A stretch of DNA of 64,000 bases from Christensenellaceae bacterium (GTDB lineage Bacteria > Bacillota > Clostridia > Christensenellales > CAG-138). The DNA is taken from NCBI GenBank assembly GCA_031261085.1, contig JAISKB010000013.1, positions 23,723 through 87,722 on the forward strand. The letters run 5' to 3'. Positions 1 through 7,420 of the stretch are shown here, piece after piece; within the stretch, counting starts at the first letter, position 1, and each line of letters starts with the position of its first letter. The notes beneath the pieces were generated by a model. It saw only the letters and a list, made by a program, of their open reading frames with translations, was not told where the DNA came from and searched no databases. A program made the translations under genes and the position numbers.

Positions 1-398
1 TCACAAGCGCATACGATGGCATCCGCCGGGCGATGCAGCGTGAGCCTGCGCATATCCTGGCAGATGAACGGCAGGCGCAGCCCTGCCTCGCGCGCCTTTT
101 GCGCGGCAATGTTCAGCATATCGGGGGAACAATCCACCCCCGTTACCGCATGCCCCGCCCGCGCCAGGCGAAGGGTCAGCGCGCCGGTGCCGCACGCGCA
201 ATCCACAATGTTCAAATTGCTTACAGGCAAAAAGGCTTGGATATACCCCGCCCAAGCATCGTAATCCACGCCCCGCATCAATTGATCGTACAGCGCCGCA
301 AAGCGCCCATATGCCTGCATTTTTTGCGTTACCACCCAATCCGTCCGGCTAAATTCCTGTTCCCATATTACAACATTAGCGCCGCTTGCGCAACCCAT
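1..398 (-). CDS. Class I SAM-dependent methyltransferase, partial. The C-terminal part lies beyond the window start. It is absent from the ORF track because it has no in-window stop.
   Basis: Manual translation from the ATG at 398-396 gives MGCASGANVVIWEQEFSRTDWVVTQKMQAYGRFAALYDQLMRGVDYDAWAGYIQAFLPVSNLNIVDCACGTGALTLRLARAGHAVTGVDCSPDMLNIAAQKA... VDCACGTG is the glycine-rich SAM motif I and GVDCSPDML the acidic motif II. The frame stays open to position 1. Confidence 0.75.
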   Translation of the reverse strand, partial: MGCASGANVVIWEQEFSRTDWVVTQKMQAYGRFAALYDQLMRGVDYDAWAGYIQAFLPVSNLNIVDCACGTGALTLRLARAGHAVTGVDCSPDMLNIAAQKAREAGLRLPFICQDMRRLTLHRPADAIVCAC

Positions 399-604
399 AT
401 GCCCCGCGTTGATACCGCTAGAGCGCGCTGTATACGCTGAAAAGGGTGGTTGTCCAAACCACTACTAAACAGCGGCAGGTCGGTTCACTCGTAGCGGAAT
501 GAGCGGCGTTGCCCAAAGGGGGCGGATAAGAGAAATAATTCACAGAGGGATAGATGATATTACGAAATGGGCGGTAAAATTGCCGCCTACAGTCCCTGAA
601 CTTT

Positions 605-1843
605 TCAGATGGATTTCTGTGTTTGTCTATCCCGTACTAACCGCATGAAATCGTCCAGATTCATAAGCCAGTCTTGCTGTTCAGGCTTATATGAAGCATG
701 TATTTTCTGCGGCAAAACAAGTTGAACATTTAACCCTTGCATTTCATTTGTTTGGTTTATGCTGATAGCCGATTCCAGTGTTAAAATATGTTTCGCTTCT
801 ATTCGATCAGCTTCTTGCAAAACCTGTCTCCATCTATCTTTACAGGTTGTTTTTACTCCAAGCATTGATAAATTGATTGCAGGAAAACTCTCGTCTCGAT
901 ATTCCAATATACCGGGGAAAAGAAAGTCTGGCTTCGCTTTTCTCTCGGTTTCAGGTGTTCGATCATAGCGTATAGTGTTTTTTTGAAGCAGAAATTCGAG
1001 ATGATTTTCCAAAGCGAGTCCAGCTCGGCTTTTGCGTCTATTTTGTGTTGATTTCGCAAATGCAAAAAAATCATCAACGTCAGTAAACCCTTGTTTCAGG
1101 CGTTGCCCCACAATATGTTTTTCGAGCGTTCTAAAGAGAATATCTTCACGCTCATAACAAGCCATAAGAACATCATCAACATCTGTTGTATAATCGATAT
1201 CACCAAGCGTTTCCCTTGTATATGCCGCTGATTTACGTGTTGTCGGGAAAGTCCCGTTAAATCGTCTTAACATTTCATCAAGGTAGGTTTCTTCGTTAAC
1301 TGCGACTTCAATTCCGATGTTCTCAAGAATAATGCGGGAAGCAAAAGCAATCCTGTCTTGTTCGAGTTCGGTTTCCTCCCTTATAGAGAAGCCGGTATGT
1401 TCCAAAGAAGAAAAGCCGAAAAGCCATAATACTTGGGATGCTATTGTAGTGTCTTGTTCCGCAACAATGACCAATAATTCATCCGTGCTTTTCTGTCTTG
1501 CGATTATCCAAACATCTCCAGCATTTGCAGCTTGCATCACCGTATTTGCCTTAAAATATAGCCTGTATTCCCAACGCATAACATCCCTTTCGAGTCGAGC
1601 TTTTTGGCGAGCGTCATACCATGTCATATCGCCATCTTCGGTTATTGGCTCATCATCAAAATCGGTAAAATACATGAATTTAGCATGATACCCTACTTTT
1701 CCTGTTGGTTCACCCAAAATACGCCGAAGTCCTTCTACCCCATTAAATTCATGTTGGTGTGACACCAATGTATTGGCCTCTACTTCACTTAGTATCTTGG
1801 CGGCGACTCCATCAAAGTATTGTGACAAAAAACCATTTTTCAT
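605..1843 (-). CDS. Type II restriction endonuclease of the EcoRII family, with an N-terminal effector-like domain and an EcoRII-C catalytic domain
   Basis: 412 aa, close to EcoRII in size. The C-terminal half has RKSRAGLALENHLEFLL, KPDFLFPG and GVKTTCKDRWRQVLQEADRI, which match the EcoRII-C signature as I recall it. Its start overlaps the vsr stop by 4 nt. A sampled line is about 38% GC. Confidence 0.8.
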   Translation of the reverse strand: MKNGFLSQYFDGVAAKILSEVEANTLVSHQHEFNGVEGLRRILGEPTGKVGYHAKFMYFTDFDDEPITEDGDMTWYDARQKARLERDVMRWEYRLYFKANTVMQAANAGDVWIIARQKSTDELLVIVAEQDTTIASQVLWLFGFSSLEHTGFSIREETELEQDRIAFASRIILENIGIEVAVNEETYLDEMLRRFNGTFPTTRKSAAYTRETLGDIDYTTDVDDVLMACYEREDILFRTLEKHIVGQRLKQGFTDVDDFFAFAKSTQNRRKSRAGLALENHLEFLLQKNTIRYDRTPETERKAKPDFLFPGILEYRDESFPAINLSMLGVKTTCKDRWRQVLQEADRIEAKHILTLESAISINQTNEMQGLNVQLVLPQKIHASYKPEQQDWLMNLDDFMRLVRDRQTQKSI

Positions 1844-2301
1844 ATTGAAACCTCCAGAAAGGTAGTGCTGGATTCAATCCACGATTTAAGTGTCTCCATA
1901 GCGTAGGGAAATTGATTTTTATCGCGCGTTACACATTCCCAAATTACGCATACCCGATAACCAAGTACAAACAGTTTGTCATAAACAATTCTGTCATTTT
2001 GCTTGTTTCCCATGATTTTCTTTTGCCAAAATTCTTGATTGGATTTCGGCCAAACAAAATATCGGCAAGTATGTCCATGCCAGAAACAGCCATTCACAAA
2101 AATAACCGCTCCAAATTTTTTTAGTACAATATCCGGCTTTCCTGGTAAAGTTGCATTGTTCACACGATAACGAAAGCCACTTTCAAACAGGGATTTTCTG
2201 ACTACAATTTCGGGTTTTGTGTTTTTGCATTTTATCCCGGCCATCATTCGACTTCTTGTCTGTGAGGTGAATTTATCCGGCATTTTGAACACGCTCTTCA
2301 C
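1840..2301 (-). CDS. vsr: Very short patch repair endonuclease
   Basis: 153 aa with TSQTRSRMMAGIKCKNTKPE, KPDIVLKKFGAVIFVNGCFWHGH and IWECV motifs. It overlaps the 3' end of the methyltransferase gene, as in dcm-vsr. Confidence 0.9.
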   Translation of the reverse strand: MKSVFKMPDKFTSQTRSRMMAGIKCKNTKPEIVVRKSLFESGFRYRVNNATLPGKPDIVLKKFGAVIFVNGCFWHGHTCRYFVWPKSNQEFWQKKIMGNKQNDRIVYDKLFVLGYRVCVIWECVTRDKNQFPYAMETLKSWIESSTTFLEVSI

Positions 2302-3517
2302 TATTTAAAAGATTTTTTACAAGTATACGAGCCGCTTCTTCAATTACCGGAACAACAACACTATTCCCAAATTGCCTATACGCCTGGGTATCGCTGACCG
2401 GAATACGAAAAGTATCTGGAAACCCCATCAAACGGGCGCATTCACGGGGGGTCAAACGCCGTGGTCTCTTGTGTACGCCTTGAGCAATCAGAATTTCAGA
2501 ACCGTCCTTGTAATATCTTGCCGATAAAGTTCTTGCTATGTCATCTTTTGCCACAAGACCATAGCCAAAACCATTACCTGCAAGGCGGTGTTTTTCAGCG
2601 TAATCTTGTAAATATTGCCATAATTTTGGTGTTAAAGTATATTTGGGATTCACACCGGCTTTTTCACCCGTCGTATATGGCTCTTCTGCATTTTCGGTAC
2701 CATCTTGTGGGTGTAATATAGATGATAACTTTATCATGCCTTTTTTAGGTAAAACCATTTCATCAAACGGATCATTGGAAATCGCATTTCTGAATCCTAA
2801 AATAATAAGACGTTCCCTGTGTTGTGGTACAAAATGTTGACCATCAATCACACGGAAGAAAATTTGATAGCCAAGTTCATCCTGCAATGTTTCGCATATG
2901 ACCTTAAAGGTGTTTCCATGGTCATGCGAAATTAGATTTTTTACATTTTCCAAGAGAAATGCTTTTGGTCTTTTAGCCGCAATTATACGTGCAACATCAA
3001 AAAATAGTGTTCCCTGTGTAGTACATTCAAATCCTGTCGGTCTGCCCAAAGAGTTCATTTTTGATACTCCTGCAATGCTGAAGGGTTGGCAAGGAAATCC
3101 GGCCAAAAGAATATCGTGGTCGGGTATTTCATTTTCATCGACTTGGGTAATGTCACCAACAAACTGATGGTTTTCTTTTTCGGGAAAGTTCTCAAGGTAT
3201 GTTTTTTGGGAAGCAGGATTCCACTCTGAAGTATAGATACAGGTGCCACCCTGTTTTTCAAATCCCATTCTGATACCGCCGATTCCCGCAAACAGATCAA
3301 TGAAAGTAAATCGATTTAAATTATCATTTCCGTCACCAAGAGACGTGAAAAGAATACGCCTAACAAGCACATCCGCCAAGTATTTGGGTGGAGCTGAATC
3401 ATTCGCTTCCCATCTGCGAACAGTACGAACATTGACACCCATAATATTTGCAATCTCCTGCTGGGTGTATCTTGTTCGAGCTTTTTTCAAAAGTGTTGCA
3501 GAATTGTCATTCATCAA
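2273..3517 (-). CDS. dcm: DNA (cytosine-5)-methyltransferase with an N-terminal HTH domain (M.EcoRII/M.SsoII-like)
   Basis: C5-MTase motifs are present: FIDLFAGIGGIRMGF (I), LLAGFPCQPFS (IV), ENVKNL (VI), QHRERLIILGF (VIII) and GNSVVVPV (X). The N-terminus YTQQEIANIMGVNVRTVRRWEAND is an XRE-type HTH. Confidence 0.92.
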   Translation of the reverse strand: MMNDNSATLLKKARTRYTQQEIANIMGVNVRTVRRWEANDSAPPKYLADVLVRRILFTSLGDGNDNLNRFTFIDLFAGIGGIRMGFEKQGGTCIYTSEWNPASQKTYLENFPEKENHQFVGDITQVDENEIPDHDILLAGFPCQPFSIAGVSKMNSLGRPTGFECTTQGTLFFDVARIIAAKRPKAFLLENVKNLISHDHGNTFKVICETLQDELGYQIFFRVIDGQHFVPQHRERLIILGFRNAISNDPFDEMVLPKKGMIKLSSILHPQDGTENAEEPYTTGEKAGVNPKYTLTPKLWQYLQDYAEKHRLAGNGFGYGLVAKDDIARTLSARYYKDGSEILIAQGVHKRPRRLTPRECARLMGFPDTFRIPVSDTQAYRQFGNSVVVPVIEEAARILVKNLLNSEERVQNAG

Positions 3518-3549
3518 AACTGCCCCCTTTCGTAATCAGGGAATCTTTA

Positions 3550-3583
3550 AGGACATTATGCCCTATTTTGTTCCCAGTGTAAA
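3550..3583 (-). promoter_or_regulatory. Candidate promoter of the R-M operon with an overlapping operator-like inverted repeat
   Basis: On the minus strand: TTTACA (3583-3578), a 17-nt spacer, then CATAAT (3560-3555). AGGACATTATGCCCT (3550-3564) is a 6-3-6 imperfect palindrome that overlaps the -10. Confidence 0.45.
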
Positions 3584-3721
3584 GAGGGATTCCAAAAAAA
3601 CGTGAGAACTTTTTTGCGTACTTTTATTGGACACCCCCCTTGATAAAACGCTCACAAGCCTAAGCTGATTGTGCATATACAGCGCTCCCTATTAAGAAAC
3701 GGGATTTGATTTACCTCCCCT

Positions 3722-4255
3722 TTAATCGTGCAGCAGCGCGTTGGCTTTTTCGCAAACCTCGTAGATAGCGTCGTACTGTTGGTCGATAAGCGGCGTTACC
3801 GTATCAATGCGCTTTTTGAGTACCTTCGTGTAGCAGAAGTATGGAAGCACCCAACCCACAAGGGCGGGAACCGCCAGAACAATCATCAGCGCAATCAAAC
3901 CGCCGAGGAACGCGAACACGCTGCCTGCCATACACGCCGTGCCGATGATGCCGATGGTAAAGGCGACAATGCTTGCCCCGGTCGTTTTGGAGTTTTCCAG
4001 ATTCTCAATCTCCTTGACATGGCTCTCGAATTGCCGCTGCAAACGGGTAAGCTCCGCCTTGTTGCGGATTTTGCGGTCGCGCTTAAACTTCAATCCACGG
4101 CAGGTGATTCCCAATAGTGGCGCGCTCGTTCCCTCTAAAATCCAACCGAAGCTCGGATAGCTGTCGGCATACAGCGATTCCATATCGCGCGATACGCTCA
4201 GTTCTTTGTACTCGTAAACGACGAAGTTCTCGCTGCTCTTTGTAATTTCACTCAT
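3722..4255 (-). CDS. Hypothetical membrane protein: soluble N-domain, coiled segment and two TM helices
   Basis: 177 aa with a hydrophobic block TGASIVAFTIGIIGTACMAGSVFAFLGGLIALMIVLAVPALVGWVLPYF. It starts 6 nt downstream of the preceding small gene, so the two look like an operon. Confidence 0.6.
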   Translation of the reverse strand: MSEITKSSENFVVYEYKELSVSRDMESLYADSYPSFGWILEGTSAPLLGITCRGLKFKRDRKIRNKAELTRLQRQFESHVKEIENLENSKTTGASIVAFTIGIIGTACMAGSVFAFLGGLIALMIVLAVPALVGWVLPYFCYTKVLKKRIDTVTPLIDQQYDAIYEVCEKANALLHD

Positions 4256-4260
4256 GATTT

Positions 4261-4509
4261 TTACTCCTTTTCGTTTTGGTTTGGCGTGTCACCGCCTGCG
4301 GTTGTTTCTTTTTTAGTTGAGGTTTCCTCGACGGGATTTTCATCGGGCGGCAAGAAAGTTTTGACGAATGCATCCTCCACTTTCTTATAACCGGCTACAA
4401 CCCCGTCCTCGATTTTTTGGTAGCCCTTGACAACGCCGCTCTCAACGACTTGATAGCCACCAACGACTGCTGTTTCGATTTTCTTTTCGGCCTCGATAAA
4501 TTTGCTCAC
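4261..4509 (-). CDS. Small protein with four tandem 11-residue repeats
   Basis: GTG start at 4509, preceded by AAAGGAGGA. Repeats are KIETAVVGGYQ / VVESGVVKGYQ / KIEDGVVAGYK / KVEDAFVKTFL, followed by an acidic/Thr-rich tail. Confidence 0.6.
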   Translation of the reverse strand: MSKFIEAEKKIETAVVGGYQVVESGVVKGYQKIEDGVVAGYKKVEDAFVKTFLPPDENPVEETSTKKETTAGGDTPNQNEKE

Positions 4510-4558
4510 GATAAATCCTCCTTTGATTCGGATGATGGTTCATCCATTTGATGTGCCT

Positions 4559-4617
4559 ATTATCCCACCCGGTTGTTTGAGAGATATTTGAGAATTGTTT
4601 GAGAAATGTTAATTCGA
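4559..4617 (-). promoter_or_regulatory. Activator-type promoter cassette: three TCTCAAA direct repeats at 11-bp phasing plus a -10 GATAAT
   Basis: Plus-strand TTTGAGA at 4576-4582, 4587-4593 and 4598-4604. The -10 GATAAT (rc) is at 4564-4559, 6 nt from the cassette. It lies upstream of the 4509 GTG gene. Confidence 0.65.
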
Positions 4618-5348
4618 AAACAGCGAACAGACATCTGCGCCTTCTTATGCTTGGCGGAAAAGCAACAAAACAGCGATGCGGAAACAGCTCCGACACAGTC
4701 CACAAGTACATCTTTCATCGTGTCGGTGATCGCTGCGTGTCCCGCAAGAATTTCTCCGCTTCCCAAGATTGCTTTTTGCATATTCAAGCCAAGCAAGCCG
4801 TCCATCATGTACTCATAAAGCTCCCAAATCCCGCCAATGCCCAGCGCGATGAAAAAGGCGAATACAGCACAAAATACAGGCGGCAGCTTGAGCGTTCCAC
4901 TGCTCCGTTCGCAGAGCGTTTGCAAGAGTTCAAAGCCGAGATAGGCAATCATGAACCCGCTTGTGCAATGCAGAATCACATCCCAATAAGGAATAATGTA
5001 GTAAAAATTCTGCACCTCGCCCAAATATATCGCGCCGAACAGGAACGCCGAGAACAGCGCGCGCAGCGATGTGGATATTTCAAAACGAAACAGCCGCTTG
5101 ATTAAATCCGGCAGATGTACCGCCGCAAGGCCGAGGATACACTCTGCAACCATCAGTAAATTGTCTTTCCCTGCACGGCTCGCATCGCCAAAGGCAGCCA
5201 CGGTTTCTCCATTTAATAGCCCATATGCAACTGCTGTTGCCGAAATTGCGAAGATTGCTGTTATTGCAAAATCAATAATTCTAGTGAGCTTCACCATTGC
5301 CCTGCGTGTTGCGGGCAATGTGCTGGCCGTTATTCCGACGCTATCCAT
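4560..5348 (-). CDS. Polytopic membrane protein, loosely YjdF/DUF2238-like
   Basis: 262 aa with multiple hydrophobic helices. The YWDVILHCTSGF and GGIWELYEYMMD motifs resemble DUF2238 as I recall it. The last ~17 codons are encoded by the downstream promoter cassette. Confidence 0.65.
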   Translation of the reverse strand: MDSVGITASTLPATRRAMVKLTRIIDFAITAIFAISATAVAYGLLNGETVAAFGDASRAGKDNLLMVAECILGLAAVHLPDLIKRLFRFEISTSLRALFSAFLFGAIYLGEVQNFYYIIPYWDVILHCTSGFMIAYLGFELLQTLCERSSGTLKLPPVFCAVFAFFIALGIGGIWELYEYMMDGLLGLNMQKAILGSGEILAGHAAITDTMKDVLVDCVGAVSASLFCCFSAKHKKAQMSVRCFRINISQTILKYLSNNRVG

Positions 5349-5377
5349 ATTCAGACCCTCCCCCGTTTTATGGTGTC

Positions 5378-5436
5378 ATTTTAGCAAGGGGTTGTTTGAG
5401 AGATATTTGAAATTTGTTCGAGAAATGTTAATGCGA
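5378..5436 (-). promoter_or_regulatory. Second copy of the triple-repeat promoter cassette
   Basis: 5390-5436 matches 4571-4617 at 43 of 47 positions. Repeats are TTTGAGA, TTTGAAA and TTCGAGA at 11-bp phasing. The -10 TAAAAT (rc) at 5383-5378 has the same 6-nt offset. RBS GGGGGAGGG precedes the ATG at 5348. Confidence 0.65.
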
Positions 5437-5511
5437 CATTCGAGTGCAGGCAAAAAAGCGGCTGTCCGATTATCTCAGACAGCCGCCGCATTTACATTTA
5501 TTTATTCAACC

Positions 5512-6579
5512 CTATTCCGTTTTTAGCTTGACCGTGAAGGTTGTACCAACGCCAAGCTCGCTCTTTGCGGATATTTGCCCGCCGACAAGCTCAATGACCT
5601 TTAAGGCAAGGGCAAGCCCCAATCCGTTACCCTCCTGTGAATGGGAGGTATCACCTTGATAGAATTTATCAAAAATGCGCTTGATTGTGGCTTCACTCAT
5701 GCCGCAGCCCGTGTCAGAAACTTCAACGGTCACGCTGTCCTCATCGGAGGTTTGCCGCAAAGCGACTGTGCCGCCTGCTTCGGTGAATTTCAAAGCGTTG
5801 GACAGCAGATTGTTCCAAACGATTTCAAGCAATCTTTCGTCTGCGTTGATAACGGCCTTGTCCTCGATGTCAACCTCAAAATTGATATTCCGTTCCTCCC
5901 ATATGTTTTCATGCGCAAGGGCGCAGTCGGTGAGTTGACGGCAAAGGTCAAAAGGCTCGACAACGGGCTTTATCCGCTGATTTTCAAGTTTGGAGAGCTT
6001 CAGTATGTTTGCGACAAGCGCGGATAATTTTTGGGATGCGGTGAAAATGGTGTCGGTATATTCACGGCGCAGCTCCGGGGTTAAATTTTCATTCCGAAGC
6101 GCCATTGTGTAGTTTTGGATTACGGAAATCGGCGTTTTTATTTCATGGGATACGTTTGAGATAAAGTCGGTCTTCATGGTTTCAATGCTGCCGAGCTCTT
6201 CCACCATTTTATTAAAGTCCTCATACATAATGTCGATGTAATCGGTCTTTTCAATCGGGTGGACAGGCTCTATATAAACGGAAAAATCGCCGCCTGCCAC
6301 CTGCGTTGCGGCTTCACCGAGTTTACGCATAGGCTTGTCGTAGTTGTTCTTTATCTGCTTGGCTATTATGAATATAAACGCGATAGATACAAGCGCCCAA
6401 TACCCCGACATGCCAAGCGCAAAGTCGATAGGTATCATCTTCAAATCAACATATTCAGCCAAAATGAGATACTGCCCGGCGCTCAATACCACCAAAACAG
6501 AAAAGGTTAAAATGATTCCGCGCCACAGCGGACGCTTTGCTTTGATACGGCTGTCCTTTTCCGCCTGCGTTCTTTTCAT
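5512..6579 (-). CDS. Sensor histidine kinase of the intramembrane-sensing type
   Basis: Two N-terminal TM helices are separated by a loop of about 15 aa. Also present: a HAMP-like segment, the H-box SHEIKTPISVI and the ATPase motifs NLLSNALKF, DTGCGM and GNGLGLALA. It overlaps the regulator gene by 4 nt. Confidence 0.9.
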   Translation of the reverse strand: MKRTQAEKDSRIKAKRPLWRGIILTFSVLVVLSAGQYLILAEYVDLKMIPIDFALGMSGYWALVSIAFIFIIAKQIKNNYDKPMRKLGEAATQVAGGDFSVYIEPVHPIEKTDYIDIMYEDFNKMVEELGSIETMKTDFISNVSHEIKTPISVIQNYTMALRNENLTPELRREYTDTIFTASQKLSALVANILKLSKLENQRIKPVVEPFDLCRQLTDCALAHENIWEERNINFEVDIEDKAVINADERLLEIVWNNLLSNALKFTEAGGTVALRQTSDEDSVTVEVSDTGCGMSEATIKRIFDKFYQGDTSHSQEGNGLGLALALKVIELVGGQISAKSELGVGTTFTVKLKTE

Positions 6580-7247
6580 AACAGCACCGCCTTATAGCCC
6601 AGGCCGTGAACCGTCAGGATTTTGAAGCCCTCGCAAACAGAGAATTTATCCCGCAGCTTTGCGATATATACATCCACCGCACGAAGCCCCGTGTCGGATT
6701 CCATGCCCCAAAACTCATCCAAAAGCTGCGCCCGCGAAAAGGTGTGCTTCGGGTAGGACAGCAGCTTGAAAAGAATATTAAACTCGCGTACCGTCACGGG
6801 AATTTCCTCCCCGTCAAGGGTGATGCTCGTTTCGTCCGCGTCCATCACAAGGCTGCCAACGACGAGCTTCTTGTTGGCGGCGATATTCGCGCGGCGCAGA
6901 AGCGCGCCGACACGCAGCACCAGCTCGTCTAAATCCACGGGCTTAACCATGTAATCGTCAATACCGAGCCGAAAACCCCTTTGCTTTGACGAAATATCGT
7001 CGCGGGCGGTCATGAACAGAATGGGGATGGTCTTATTTATCCCGCGCACGGCTTCGGCAAACGCAAACCCGTCAATCCCCGGCATCATGATATCGGAGAT
7101 GATGAGGTCAAACGGCGCGTTATACATCTCGTTATAGGCATCGTTTGCGCCCAAACAACCCTTTGCCGCATAGCCGTTATCGTTTAAGTAACTGCATACT
7201 ATTTGGTTGAGTTTTATATCGTCCTCAACGACGAGCAGGTTCATCAT
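6576..7247 (-). CDS. OmpR/PhoB-family response regulator
   Basis: Receiver domain LLVVEDD...DLIISDIMMPGIDG...MTA. The winged-helix C-terminus has LTVREFNILFKLL and VDVYIAKLRDKF. Confidence 0.92.
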   Translation of the reverse strand: MMNLLVVEDDIKLNQIVCSYLNDNGYAAKGCLGANDAYNEMYNAPFDLIISDIMMPGIDGFAFAEAVRGINKTIPILFMTARDDISSKQRGFRLGIDDYMVKPVDLDELVLRVGALLRRANIAANKKLVVGSLVMDADETSITLDGEEIPVTVREFNILFKLLSYPKHTFSRAQLLDEFWGMESDTGLRAVDVYIAKLRDKFSVCEGFKILTVHGLGYKAVLL

Positions 7248-7276
7248 AGATAAGCCTCCTTAAAGTTTACACGCCC

Positions 7277-7300
7277 ATTATAACAGGCAAATGTTTGAGA
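7277..7300 (-). promoter_or_regulatory. Promoter of the two-component operon with one conserved TCTCAAA site
   Basis: -10 TATAAT (rc) at 7282-7277. TTTGAGA at 7294-7300 starts 12 nt from the 5' end of the -10 hexamer (7282), the same offset as in the two cassettes. RBS AAGGAGG precedes the ATG at 7247. Confidence 0.55.
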
Positions 7301-7420
7301 ATTGTTAAAGTTTTGCAAAATTCAAAAGAATGGGGCAAGCCCCCCTTGACAAAACTTCAAGAAGTATATGATACTGTAAAAACATACCGTAATTCGACAG
7401 GAAGGCAACCGGCATTTCGC

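Noticed and set aside
1-339. A track ORF of 112 aa on the minus strand at the window start
   Set aside because: It is in the wrong frame. The adjacent frame, open to position 1, gives a clean SAM-methyltransferase N-terminus with the VDCACGTG motif.
440-604. Fragments resembling riboswitch or T-box signatures (CTCTTATC...GGCAAC on the minus strand; GGGTGGT on the plus strand) between the methyltransferase and the R-M islet
   Set aside because: Only short partial matches are present. The core S-box (GAGGGA/AGAG) and T-box (GGGTGGTACCGCG) elements are missing, and the T-box-like piece has no downstream gene in the right orientation.
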